A DNA stretch of 64,000 nt from an uncultured Chloroflexia bacterium (GTDB taxonomy: Bacteria; Chloroflexota; Anaerolineae; CG2-30-64-16), in the NCBI GenBank assembly GCA_963783655.1, contig CAWAOA010000010.1:71054-135053 (forward strand), written 5' to 3'. Under the pieces are notes generated by a model. The model saw only the letters and a list, made by a program, of their open reading frames with translations. It was not told the origin of the DNA and made no database searches. Positions 43,013-53,059 of the stretch are shown one piece after another. Each line of letters starts with the position of its first letter. Position 1 is the first letter of the stretch. The position numbers were made by a program, and so were the translations under genes.

Positions 43013-43382
43013 TAGATGCCTCTCAACGGCAAAGAAGAGCGCTCACCACCCGGGCTGGCAGCCGGGTAGGGCAGACGCCTCACGGGCTTGTTCCCCGCAT
43101 ACGACACAATCACAAGTTACCGGGTGTGGAACAACGACTGGGTTGCGAGGGGCGCCTTCGCCTGCCGGACCCAAAGGGGCCGGACCCGAAGAGCGGCTCA
43201 GGAACAGAGCGCTCGCTACAGGTGCCTGGCCACGCCCATCGTTGTGGCACGACGGCATGGCAGCAGAGGTAGAATCGGATGTGACGATGTGCGGCGTTGC
43301 CAGTCGCTTCCTGCCTCGCTTGCTATCCACAGAAACCCTTGCTGCGCGCCAGGTTTCCGGCTCAAATTGCCGCCGAGCGCGA

Positions 43383-43391
43383 AGTATAACA
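43383..43391 (-). promoter_or_regulatory. Extended -10 promoter for the radical SAM block
   Basis: TG-T-TATACT on the minus strand in an AT-rich patch about 370 nt upstream of the first rSAM start. Confidence 0.45.
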
Positions 43392-43458
43392 TGTAAGTTG
43401 CATAAAGGACCAAAGTCACAGTGGCGAATTAGTTAGTGTACCAAGCTGCCAATTCCGG

Positions 43459-44910
43459 CTATCCCTTGATCACCGCCAGCGGCTCCAGCCGCGCCACGAT
43501 GCGGGCGATGCCCGCATCCTGCACCACCGCCACCACGCTGTCCACATCCTTGTATGCCTGGGGCGCTTCTTCGGCTAAGCCGCTGAGGCTGCCCGCCCGG
43601 ATGACGATGCCCTCGCGTTGGAGGTCGCTTCGCAGTTCTTCCCCTCGCACCTGTCGCTTGGCCTCCGAACGGCTCATCACCCGCCCTGCACCATGGCAGC
43701 AGGAGCCGAAGGTCTGCTCCATGGCACGCTGCGTCCCGACGAGCACGTACGAGGCCGTGCCCATGGAGCCGGGCACCAGAACGGGTTGGCCCACCCGGCG
43801 GTAGTCGCCCGGCACATCGGGATGGGCGGGGCCGAAGGCTCGCGTGGCGCCCTTGCGGTGCACGCACAGCTGGTAGTCGCGTCCGCCGATCCGGTGCGTC
43901 TCGATTTTGGCCATATTGTGCGCCACGTCGTACACCAGTCGCAGCTCCCATTTCGGGTATCGCTTGCCGAGAACGCTCTCGAACGCCTCGCGCGCCCGGT
44001 GCGTGAGCACCTGCCGGTTGGCCCAGGCGTAATTGGCCGCGCAGTTCATGGCCGCCAGATAGGCCTGCCCTTCCGGCGAGTCGAGCGGCGCGGCAGACCA
44101 GCTGGCGGTCGGGCAGATCGTACCCGTATTTGCGCTGGCCGCGCCGAAGGACTGAATGTAGTCGGTGGCCACCTGGTGCCCCAGGCCGCGGCTGCCGCAG
44201 TGGATCTGAAATGCGACCTGTCCTTCGCGCAGCCCAAAGGCAGCGGCCGCATCCGCGTCGTGGATCTTCGTGACCACGTCGATCTCGGCGAAGTGGTTGC
44301 CCGAGCCGAGCGTGCCCACCTGCTCCAGGCCCCGCTCCTTGGCGTTCGCGCTCACCTTGGTGGCGTCTGCGGCCTCCATGCGGCCGCGCTCCTCGGTGTG
44401 GTCGACGTCATCCTGCGTGGCAAACCCCTCACGCTGTGCCCACTGGCTGCCTTGCTGCAGGATCGCATCCAACTCGCTCTTGTTGATATGCAGGTTCCCC
44501 TTCACGCCCACGCCGCTCGGCAGGTAGCGATAGAGCGCGTCTGCCAGCTCGGTGAGGTGCGGACGAACGTCAGCCGCATTCAAATTTGCGGCCAGCAGCC
44601 GCACCCCGCAGTTGATGTCGTATCCGACGCCACCCGGCGAGATCGCTCCGTTGGGGACCCGCGTGGCGGCGACGCCGCCGATGGGGAAGCCATATCCCTG
44701 GTGGATGTCGGGCATTGCCATTGCCTGGCCGAAGATGCCCGGCAGGGTAGCGGTGTTGACCAGCTGGTCAAGGGAGCGGTCTGCGAGCGCCTTCTCCAGG
44801 ATCTCGTCATTCGCGTAGAAGTGGGCGGGCACGCGCATATCGGAGCGCGTGTCCATGGGGATCTCGTACAGATACTCACCGATCTTGCGCAGGTCGGATC
44901 GCCGTACCAT
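43459..44910 (-). CDS. rtcB: RtcB RNA ligase (long, archaeal-like type)
   Basis: MPDIHQGYGFPIGG, GYDINCG, GSGNHF, HCGSRG, HRKGATRA, PGSMGT, HGAGR, EEAPQAYK; a short out-of-frame patch near 44100-44140 suggests compensating indels. Confidence 0.93.
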   Translation of the reverse strand: MVRRSDLRKIGEYLYEIPMDTRSDMRVPAHFYANDEILEKALADRSLDQLVNTATLPGIFGQAMAMPDIHQGYGFPIGGVAATRVPNGAISPGGVGYDINCGVRLLAANLNAADVRPHLTELADALYRYLPSGVGVKGNLHINKSELDAILQQGSQWAQREGFATQDDVDHTEERGRMEAADATKVSANAKERGLEQVGTLGSGNHFAEIDVVTKIHDADAAAAFGLREGQVAFQIHCGSRGLGHQVATDYIQSFGAASANTGTICPTASWSAAPLDSPEGQAYLAAMNCAANYAWANRQVLTHRAREAFESVLGKRYPKWELRLVYDVAHNMAKIETHRIGGRDYQLCVHRKGATRAFGPAHPDVPGDYRRVGQPVLVPGSMGTASYVLVGTQRAMEQTFGSCCHGAGRVMSRSEAKRQVRGEELRSDLQREGIVIRAGSLSGLAEEAPQAYKDVDSVVAVVQDAGIARIVARLEPLAVIKG

Positions 44911-45009
44911 AGCTCGACTCCTCGCGGCAGTCACGTGGGACCGGAGCGAACCTCGTCAGGTTACCGGCGTCCGGGGGTGGAAAGGCGCTTCTACTGGAAC
45001 AAAAGGAAC

Positions 45010-45044
45010 AAAAAAAGCGGGCCGGAAGTTGCCTTCCGGCCCGC
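45010..45044 (-). terminator. Intrinsic terminator after iscA-like gene
   Basis: 12-bp stem GCGGGCCGGAAG/CTTCCGGCCCGC followed by a T7 tract on the minus strand. Confidence 0.8.
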
Positions 45045-45055
45045 CTGCTCGTCGC

Positions 45056-45454
45056 TTATTGGCAGCTGCTGCAGCCGCCTGCCTCGTCCCCGGTTCCGCA
45101 CGACCCGCCACCACAGCCGCAGCCGGAGGCGGCATTCGGGTTGTCGATCTGGAAGCCGCTGCCCATGGGCGTTTCGCGGTAATCAATGTTGGCCCCGTCG
45201 ATATAGGGTGCGCTGCGCGGATCGATGAGCACCCGCAGACCCCACTGCTCGAAGACCACATCTGCTTCGGTCGGATTGTCATCGAACGCCATGCCGTACT
45301 GCAAGCCGCTGCAACCCCCGCCCGATACGAAGACGCGGAGTGCGTGCGCTTCGCCCAAACCATTCTCCTCCATGATGCCGCGCAGCTTCGAGGCCGCGGC
45401 CTCGCTCAGGGTAATCAGCGCGATATCGCTTGCAACTTCGTTAGCAACGGTCAT
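45056..45454 (-). CDS. A-type Fe-S carrier (IscA/ErpA/HesB)
   Basis: LRVFVSGGGCSGLQY, GANIDY, GFQIDNPNA..GCGCG. Confidence 0.92.
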   Translation of the reverse strand: MTVANEVASDIALITLSEAAASKLRGIMEENGLGEAHALRVFVSGGGCSGLQYGMAFDDNPTEADVVFEQWGLRVLIDPRSAPYIDGANIDYRETPMGSGFQIDNPNAASGCGCGGGSCGTGDEAGGCSSCQ

Positions 45455-45555
45455 CGTGTCCTCCACGAACTGCCTGAATGTATGATGTCTTGTCTTATAT
45501 GACAACTCTGAGACCGTGACGGTTACACGTCACCGGCGCCAGTATAGTTCCGCCG

Positions 45556-46569
45556 TCATCCGCCGATCTGACTCATCTCCCGCGTCTGAGGTACTTCGTG
45601 CTCGTCCAGACCGTGCCCCCACGGCTTAACGTAGGCTGCCTCAGCCATCAGGCGGCATAGCGTATCGTAATCCGCCCCGTTGCGCAAGGGGGTAAGCAGG
45701 TCAAATTCGTCATCACGCAACAGGCAGAGGCGCAGCTTCCCGTCCGCCGTCAGGCGCAGGCGCGTGCAACCGCTACAGAACGCTTCGGTAACGCTGGAAA
45801 TGAAACCGAGCTGGCCGGCCGCACCGCGGATGCGATAGGGCCGCGCCGGGTCATGCCAGTCGTAATCCGAGACACGCTCGATCGGGCCAAGCTCCGCCTC
45901 GATGCGATCGCGTGTTTCCTTGGAAGAGACCACCTGGCTTTGCTGGAAATCGGACTGCAGTCCAAAAGGCATCAGCTCGATGAAACGAACATGCCAGGGG
46001 CGCTCGAGCGTCAGCCGCGCCAGATCGACCACGTCGTCATCGTTGTACCCGCGCGTCACCACGCAGTTTAGCTTGATGGGTGTGAGACCGGCTTCCTCGG
46101 CGGCAGCGATGCCGCGCCAGACGGTATCGAGATCGCCGCGCCGCGTAATCGCGCGGAACTTGGCCGGATCCAGGCTATCGACGCTGATGTTCACGTGGTC
46201 GAGCCCGGCATCGGCCAACGGTCGCGCCATCTCGGCCAGGCGCACCGCATTGGTAGTCATCGTGAGCCGGCGGATTTCGGGAATGGCGCGAATTTCGCGC
46301 ACGAGGTCGACCAGACCGCGCCGTACGGTGGGTTCGCCGCCGGTAAGCCGGATTTTGTCTACCCCCAAACTGGCGGCAACGCGCACCAATAGCAACAACT
46401 CGTCGTCCTGCATCAGATCGGCTGAAGGCCGGAATGTCATCAGCTCGGGCATGCAGTAGACGCAGCGCAGATTACAGGCGTCGGTCAACGAGATGCGCAA
46501 ATAGTGCAGACGGCGCCCAAAGGAATCATGCATGCCCTTGGGGCCGCTCAGCAAAGGAGTGGTCGCCAT
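45556..46569 (-). CDS. moaA: GTP 3',8-cyclase MoaA
   Basis: DSFGRRLHYLRISLTDACNLRCVYC, LTGGEP, FCSGCTRLRLTADG..RLCL, MSQIGG. Confidence 0.95.
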   Translation of the reverse strand: MATTPLLSGPKGMHDSFGRRLHYLRISLTDACNLRCVYCMPELMTFRPSADLMQDDELLLLVRVAASLGVDKIRLTGGEPTVRRGLVDLVREIRAIPEIRRLTMTTNAVRLAEMARPLADAGLDHVNISVDSLDPAKFRAITRRGDLDTVWRGIAAAEEAGLTPIKLNCVVTRGYNDDDVVDLARLTLERPWHVRFIELMPFGLQSDFQQSQVVSSKETRDRIEAELGPIERVSDYDWHDPARPYRIRGAAGQLGFISSVTEAFCSGCTRLRLTADGKLRLCLLRDDEFDLLTPLRNGADYDTLCRLMAEAAYVKPWGHGLDEHEVPQTREMSQIGG

Positions 46570-46587
46570 AGTTTGGGTGTTCGGTGT

Positions 46588-47223
46588 CTAGTCGGCCACG
46601 ACGGCAGTCTGCGGCTCAAGAATATACGTGCAACGCGCAGCACCATCGGCCTGGCTTGTCTCACGGCTGGTGTTGTCACCCACGAGCCGCTCGATCATAG
46701 CCTTGTCCATAGCACACACTTCCGCGTGCCGCTCGGACACACCGGCGTACGGGCAATTGCAGGTGAATAGCTCGTAATGGCCGTCACGCCGCTCCCAACG
46801 GGCAGTGTACCCCTTCTGGGTGAGGAACGAAGCGACCTGGTTCAGCCGCTCCTCGAGCGATTGGCCCGGTATCGCAGCCGGGGCCTCACGCACCGTCTGG
46901 TCTGCGAGACGCATGAAGACACCGTGCACTTCAGCAGCGGGCAGCAACGACTTCATCTCGCGGATGATATCGCCGGCGAGCATTTGGTGCGCCTGCGGAA
47001 ATAGCTTGGCGGCTCCGGGAGCGAGCGAATAGATCTGGCTCGGACGGCCTGCGCCGGGCCGGCGGCGGACGCCCGATGCTTCCACGAGGTCTTCGCCGAT
47101 CAAGATATCTAGATGATGGCGTACTGACACCTGGGCCATGTCGAGCGCGACCGCTAGCTCGGCCACTGTCGCTGTGCTGTTTTCCTTCAAAATCTCGACG
47201 ATGCGATGGCGAATTGGTTGCAC
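46588..47223 (-). CDS. SufR-like HTH regulator with C-terminal Cys ligands
   Basis: VRHHLDIL, GRPSQIYSL, LFP, CNCPY...VCAMD...RCTY. Confidence 0.75.
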   Translation of the reverse strand: MQPIRHRIVEILKENSTATVAELAVALDMAQVSVRHHLDILIGEDLVEASGVRRRPGAGRPSQIYSLAPGAAKLFPQAHQMLAGDIIREMKSLLPAAEVHGVFMRLADQTVREAPAAIPGQSLEERLNQVASFLTQKGYTARWERRDGHYELFTCNCPYAGVSERHAEVCAMDKAMIERLVGDNTSRETSQADGAARCTYILEPQTAVVAD

Positions 47224-47349
47224 GGTTGCTTCTCCTCACTGGCATTGGCTCGTCAGCCCGGGCTCTTAATGATACCTAAGTGAGTTGCTACCGGATGGGT
47301 ACAAATTACGTACGGTACGGCAGCACTACTTAGTAATTTCTACGGAGAG

Positions 47350-47378
47350 AGGGTATCACACTTGCCGCAGCTTGTCAA
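47350..47378 (-). promoter_or_regulatory. Promoter of the sufR-like/moaA/iscA operon
   Basis: TTGACA-17 bp-TACCCT with TGn extension. Confidence 0.5.
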
Positions 47379-47502
47379 TTATTATGAGAACTATTTTTAC
47401 ATATAGAAGAATGCAGCGATCAGGCGAGAACTCGGGCCACGCGGCCGATTTCCGGCTTGACATCCAACCAGACCGGGGGTATCGTGGTCTTGCTTTGTCG
47501 TA

Positions 47503-48264
47503 ATGTCCCTACTTTTCCTCGAGGACAAGCCCTTGTCCCAACTTGACCCGGCCAGTCCGATCCCACTGCACTTCCAGCTGCGAACGCTGGTGCGCGACCA
47601 GATTCAGCAGCAGAGCCTTCCTCCCCATACCGCGCTGCCTACGGAGGTGGAGCTGGCGAGAATCTATCACGTGAGCCGCACGACGGTCAGACAGGCCATC
47701 TTAAGCCTGGTGAACGACGGGTGGCTGTATCGCCAGCGCGGCAACGGAACGTTTGTGGCCCCGCGGCGGGTGGAGGAGAACCTGAACCGCCTGCGGAGTC
47801 TCCGCGAGGAGCTTGAGGAGCAGGGCATCGTCGCTTCGGCGCATACTCTGGCCGCAGCCCTGGTGAACCCGCCGGCCGATGTGGCGAGAGACCTGGAAGT
47901 GGAACCGGGATCCCTGGTCTTCCGCTGCGAGCGGCTGCGGCTGGCAGACGGTGAGCCGATCGCCCTGGAGCTGGGCTACTGGGCGGGTCCCGTCGCTCCG
48001 CGCCTTGCCGCCGAAGACATGGATGATGCCTTCCTGTATCAACTGGTTGAGAACGCTTACGGCATCAAGTTGCGAGACGCCGAACTGAGTATTGAGGCCG
48101 TGCAGCCCGACGAGCGCCAGGCCGCGCTGCTGGGCATCCGCCCGCGTTCGGCGGTCTTGCTCGTCCGCCGGCTGACACGTACGGCAGGCGGGCAGCCAAT
48201 CGAGTTATGCGACACCCTGTACCGCGCCGACCGCTACAAGTACCGGATCACGGTTGCCCGGTAA
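47503..48264 (+). CDS. GntR/HutC (UTRA) regulator
   Basis: PLHFQL, LPTEVELA..YHVSRTTVRQA, RGNGTFV, ERLRLADGEP, YRADRYKY; true start may be TTG 47533. Confidence 0.92.
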   Translation: MSLLFLEDKPLSQLDPASPIPLHFQLRTLVRDQIQQQSLPPHTALPTEVELARIYHVSRTTVRQAILSLVNDGWLYRQRGNGTFVAPRRVEENLNRLRSLREELEEQGIVASAHTLAAALVNPPADVARDLEVEPGSLVFRCERLRLADGEPIALELGYWAGPVAPRLAAEDMDDAFLYQLVENAYGIKLRDAELSIEAVQPDERQAALLGIRPRSAVLLVRRLTRTAGGQPIELCDTLYRADRYKYRITVAR

Positions 48265-48358
48265 CGGTGACTGCGGTGTAGCCAGGAGGTGAAGTCGAAA
48301 GACGAAGTGTGTGACGAAGACGTCTGAGACCATTCGTTCCCAGCAAAGGAGTTGAGAC

Positions 48359-49715
48359 ATGTCTAGCCCGATCTTTACGCGTCGCAAGTTCCTCAAAGCG
48401 GCCGGTGTCACTGCCCTGGCTGCCGGCGCAGCTGCTTGCACTCCATCTACCCCGGCGCCCGCCCCGGCTGCACCGGCTTCCGCCGCAACTGCCGTGCCCG
48501 CAGTCGCAAAGCAGGGCGTAACCCTGACATTCTTCAACTGGGCCTCTGCCGAAGAGGTCACGCGGAAGAACGTCGAGAAGATCATCAACAAATTCCAGAC
48601 CGACAACCCCGGCGTGACGATCAAAAACGTCTCGTACGCGTTTGGCGAGATCCAGAATCAAACGATCATCGCCATCACCGGGGGCAACCCGCCCGACGTG
48701 ATGCAGCTCTCGTCGAACATGCCGTTCGAGCTCGCCGGGATGGGCGCCCTCGAGCCGCTCGATGGCTACGTTACCAAGGAATACCTCGCGGATAACGGCG
48801 AGGCCAACCTGGCCACCGGTACCTGGGACAAGAAGCTGTATGCCCTCCCCTTCTCCATCACGCCGCACGGGTTCTGGTACAACAAGCCCTTGATGCAAAA
48901 GTTGGGGCTGGATCCCGCCAAGCCGCCGCGAGACGATCGACGAGCTCAACGCCGCCTTCAAGACAATCAAAGAGGCGGGCAAGGGCGAGATTTACGGCAT
49001 GGGGCTGGACACCACGAAGCGCCAGTATGCGCTGATCCACCAGTGGCCGTGGATGCTGACCTTTGGTGCGCAGCCGTTCGTGGACGGCAAGCCGAACTGG
49101 GACAGCCCGGAAATGGTGGCGTACTTTACCTGGCTGCGCGAGATCACCAACCAGAAGTACAATCCGCCCGGTCTCATCCTGAGAGACTTCCGCCAGTTCG
49201 CGGCCCAGGGCAAAGAAGTGTTTGCCTGGGACGGCCCGTATCTGAAGGGCACCCTCGTGAGCCTGGACAAGAACCTGGTCGACGACAAGGTATTCTACGA
49301 TACGTGGGGCGCGACCACCATCCCGGTGGGCAAGCTGGGAAAGCCGGTGACCGTCACCGATATCCATCAGATGGGCATGGCCAAGGCGTGCAAGAACAAG
49401 GAGATAGCCTTCAAGTTCATGCAGGCGGTCATCGCCAGCGACCTATCGGTTACGGACTACTACGTTCCGCTGGGCGCCATTCCTCCACTCAAATCGCAGG
49501 TCGAGAAGTTCAAGGACAAGTTCGCCGACCCTGTGAGCCAGGCGTACATCAAGGATATCATCCCGTCTGCCGTGGCGATGCCGTTGTCGCCTAAGTTCGC
49601 CTCGGCCGCCGAATTCATGCTGGTCGGAATGCAGCAGGTAACGACCAGCAGCACCCCGGTCGCACAGATCCTGAAAGATGTGCAGGCTAACCTGAAGATC
49701 GTATACGGCGTGTAA
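48359..49715 (+). CDS. Tat-exported sugar ABC substrate-binding lipoprotein (frameshift near 48930)
   Basis: TRRKFLK twin-Arg, AAAC lipobox, GNPPDV, LYALPF..TP..FWYNK. Confidence 0.85.
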
Positions 49716-49733
49716 CGCGCCTCTGAGTCTGGA

Positions 49734-49766
49734 GTCCATGCACCCTCTCTGGGAGGGTGCATGGAC
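49734..49766 (+). terminator. 14-bp stem-loop between SBP and permease
   Basis: GTCCATGCACCCTC-N5-GAGGGTGCATGGAC. Confidence 0.5.
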
Positions 49767-49793
49767 CAGCCGAAGGGTGGGAGAACCGAACAC

Positions 49794-50727
49794 ATGACTG
49801 AGGTGGTGACGCCGAGATCCCGGCGGGCTGCCGTGAGAGGCGCCAGAAGGCCCCGCAGCGATGGCCGGTTGGCGCTGTTGCTGATCGCCCCGTGCCTGCT
49901 CGATCCTGGCCTTTGTGATTGCCTATCCGTTGGGCCGCGGGCTCTACCTGTCTACCCTGAACTGGAAGTTGATCGATCCCGCAGGCGCTACCGCGGCCAA
50001 CCTCAGCAACTATGCGCGCCTGGCGCAGGACAAGATCTTTTGGGAATCGCTGAGCAACACACTGCAGTTCAGCGGGTTCTCCGTGATCGGGGGCTTCCTG
50101 ATTGGGCTGCTTCTGGCGGTGCTGCTTAACCAGAATCTCCCGTTCAACCGGGTCCTGCGGGGACTGTGCCTCCTGCCATGGATTGTGCCGTACATCGTGG
50201 TGGGTTTCCTGTTCCTCTACATGTTTAGCTTCGACGTGGGGATCGTAAACTTCATCCTGCGGGGGCTTGGATTGACAACGGAGAACCAGGCATGGCTGGC
50301 GCGGACGGACACGGCGATGACCGCCGTCACCCTGGCCAACATCTGGAACCAGGTTCCGTTCTACATGCTGATGTTCCTGGCAGGGCTGCAGAGCATCCCA
50401 TCCGAGGAGAAGGAAGCGGCGGTGATCGATGGCGCCAACAGCGCCCAGGTGTTTCGCTACGTTACGATTCCTCATCTGCAAAACATCATGGTGATTACCA
50501 GCATCCTGATGCTGATCCGCAACTTTAACAACTTCCCGATTATCTGGACGATGACACAAGGCGGCCCCGTTTACGCGACCACCACCCTGGTCGTCTATAT
50601 CTACCGCCTGGCGTTCAGCGACTTCAACATCGGATATGCGGCAACGGTCGGCATTGTCTGGCTGGTGCTGCTGATGATCCTGACTTCAATATACGTGCGC
50701 GTGTTCGAGCGGGAGGCGTTGCTATGA
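49794..50727 (+). CDS. Carbohydrate ABC permease, MalF-like (frameshift near 49900)
   Basis: LLPWIVP, LAGLQSIP, EAAVIDGA, MTQGGP. Confidence 0.88.
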
Positions 50728-51572
50728 GCGGCGCGAGGCTTCGCCGGCGGCTGGGCCGCTTCCTGTTGATGATCTTCACACTGGCCGTCATGCTGCCGTT
50801 GCTCTTCCCGGTCTACTGGCTGTTGAGCACGTCACTCAAGAGCAACCTGGCCGCCTTCGCCACACCACCGCAATGGTGGCCGTCGCCGGCGACGATGGAG
50901 AATTACGTCAACCTGGCAACCGGTTCCACCAATTTCGGGATGTACGTGCGAAACAGCCTGATCACCTGCATTGCGACATCGCTGCTCGCAACCATCGTCG
51001 CGAGCCTGGCCGGATATGCCATCTCGCGGTTGCGGTTTCGGGGCAAGCGCACCCTGATGCTCACCATCCTGGCGACTCAGATGTTCCCGATGGTGTTGAT
51101 CCTGATCTCGCTCTACGTGATGTACCGCCAGCTTGGCCTGATCAATACACACATCGGGTTGATCCTATCGTTCACGACGTTTGCCGTTCCGTTCTCGGTA
51201 TGGATGATGAAGGGTTTCTTTGACGCCATACCCGGTGAGATCGAGGAGGCAGCGCTGATCGATGGCTGCACCCGGCTGGAATCGCTGCGCCTGATCGCTA
51301 TCCCACTGGCCGCTCCGGGTCTGCTGGCCGTGAGCCTCTTTTCCTTTTTGGACGGCTGGAACAACCTGATGTACCCGTTGACTCTCGCTACGAGCACGGA
51401 CGTGCGAACGATCCCGCCGGGACTGCTGCTCTCGTTCCTGGGGCAGTTCAAGGACGATTGGGCCGGCATGATGGCCGCCTCGGTCGTCGTAACGATACCT
51501 GTAGCCATCATCTTCACCTTCTTGCAGCGCTATCTGGTAGCCGGGCTCACGGCCGGCGCCGTGAAGGGCTAA
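50724..51572 (+). CDS. Carbohydrate ABC permease, MalG-like
   Basis: STSLK, NSL, AGYAISR, IPGEIEEAALIDG, GLTAGAVKG. Confidence 0.92.
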   Translation: MSGARLRRRLGRFLLMIFTLAVMLPLLFPVYWLLSTSLKSNLAAFATPPQWWPSPATMENYVNLATGSTNFGMYVRNSLITCIATSLLATIVASLAGYAISRLRFRGKRTLMLTILATQMFPMVLILISLYVMYRQLGLINTHIGLILSFTTFAVPFSVWMMKGFFDAIPGEIEEAALIDGCTRLESLRLIAIPLAAPGLLAVSLFSFLDGWNNLMYPLTLATSTDVRTIPPGLLLSFLGQFKDDWAGMMAASVVVTIPVAIIFTFLQRYLVAGLTAGAVKG

Positions 51573-51595
51573 GATCCCAATTTGGAGTGATATCG

Positions 51596-52963
51596 ATGCC
51601 ACAACTTCGTCCCATGCGGCTAGGGCTGGCCTGTCTGGCGCGCAGCCGCTTCGACTACGAAACCGCACGCGATCTCTACCACCGGTCGGTGGCCGCCCTG
51701 CAGGCGTTCGACGGGGTAGAAGTCATCGCCCCGGATGATCTGATCCTGGACAATCCGGACGAGCCGGTGCCCGACCTGATCCGAAAGGCGGCCACCTTCT
51801 TCCACCAGGCCCAGATCGACGCCCTGATCATCCAGAGCGGCACCTTCACCATGGGTGATCTGGCCCTCGACCTGCTGGAAGGCTTCAACGTGCCCGTCAT
51901 CCTGTGGGCGCTGCCAGAGCCAGACTGGGACGGCGGGCGCCTGAAGCTCAACTCGCTGGTGGGCATGAACGTGAACTCGAGCCATCTCTTCAAGCTCGGG
52001 CGGCGGTTCCGTTACCTGATCGCGGCGCCGGGAGACAAGGTATTCGTCGAGAAGATGGGCCGGTTGGTCCGGGTACTCCGGCTGGTCACCCGCCTGCGAC
52101 ACGCCAAGGTAGCGGTGGTCGGCACGCGCGCCCAGGGCTTCTACGACCTCGCGTATAACGAGCTGGAGCTGCGGGCCAAACTCGGCGTGGAAGTCGTGAC
52201 GGTGGGGCTGGGCGAGGTGTTCGACGCCGCCAAGGCGATGCCACGCGGCGCGGTAGAGGACGCGGACCGGCGAATGACCGGAATGCTGGACGACACGTCA
52301 GAAGTGAGTCCCGAGAAACGAGAGCTGCAGGCGCGCGCGTATCTGTCGCTGCGCCAGGTGGCCGATCGTTACAACGCGCAGGCGATGGCAGTCCGCTGCT
52401 GGCCCGAATTCCCGTTCAACTACGGTGTGGCGGCCTGCTCGACCGTGGCCTTCCTGAACGACGACGCCATCCCGTGCGGCTGTGAGGGGGACCTGGAGGG
52501 CGCACTCACGTCGCTGATTCTCCAGGAGTTGGGCGGCACCGTTCCGTTTCTGGCGGACGTGTCGTCGCAAGACCTCGAGCGCAATGCCCTGCTGCTGTGG
52601 CACAACGGCTGCGCGGCGCTGCGGCTGGCCGCCACGCGCAAGCAGTTGCACGCGCACTTCCAGGCCAACCACGGCCTGACCGTGGGTTTCGGGCTGCAAT
52701 CGGGGCCGGTGACCATGGCTCGCCTGGGCAACGACGGCAAATCGGTGCGTATGCTCGCGACGCAGGGTGAGGCGCTGCCTACCGACATGTTCATCCGGGG
52801 AACGCTGAGCTGGGTGCGCACCAGTGCGCCGGTCGAGCGCGTCATGGATGAGTTGATCTACGGCGGTTGGGAGCACCACCTGGCCATGTGTTACGCCGAC
52901 GTAACAGAGGACCTGCGCGAGTTTGCGACCATTACCGGCATCCCCTTCACCAACATAGCCTGA
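51596..52963 (+). CDS. L-fucose/L-arabinose isomerase-like protein
   Basis: LWALPEP, NSLVG, RCWPEF, GCEGD, LWHNG, GWEHH..MCY.D. Confidence 0.75.
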   Translation: MPQLRPMRLGLACLARSRFDYETARDLYHRSVAALQAFDGVEVIAPDDLILDNPDEPVPDLIRKAATFFHQAQIDALIIQSGTFTMGDLALDLLEGFNVPVILWALPEPDWDGGRLKLNSLVGMNVNSSHLFKLGRRFRYLIAAPGDKVFVEKMGRLVRVLRLVTRLRHAKVAVVGTRAQGFYDLAYNELELRAKLGVEVVTVGLGEVFDAAKAMPRGAVEDADRRMTGMLDDTSEVSPEKRELQARAYLSLRQVADRYNAQAMAVRCWPEFPFNYGVAACSTVAFLNDDAIPCGCEGDLEGALTSLILQELGGTVPFLADVSSQDLERNALLLWHNGCAALRLAATRKQLHAHFQANHGLTVGFGLQSGPVTMARLGNDGKSVRMLATQGEALPTDMFIRGTLSWVRTSAPVERVMDELIYGGWEHHLAMCYADVTEDLREFATITGIPFTNIA

Positions 52964-53059
52964 TCGAATAAGGCCCGCGCGCCGCTGCGCCGGCGTAGCG
53001 GCGCGCGGGCCCAGGAGATGGTCCGCCGAACTATCGAGTTCGGCAGTGAGAGGAACGAC

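Noticed and set aside
43322-43331. Isolated DnaA-box-like CTATCCACA
   Set aside because: Single mismatched copy, expected by chance.
43013-43382. Cobalamin or SAM riboswitch upstream of the rSAM block
   Set aside because: B12-box and SAM-I core sequences were not found by eye.
44911-45055. tRNA/Y-RNA or archease next to rtcB
   Set aside because: No cloverleaf or ORF recognised; only a terminator is present.
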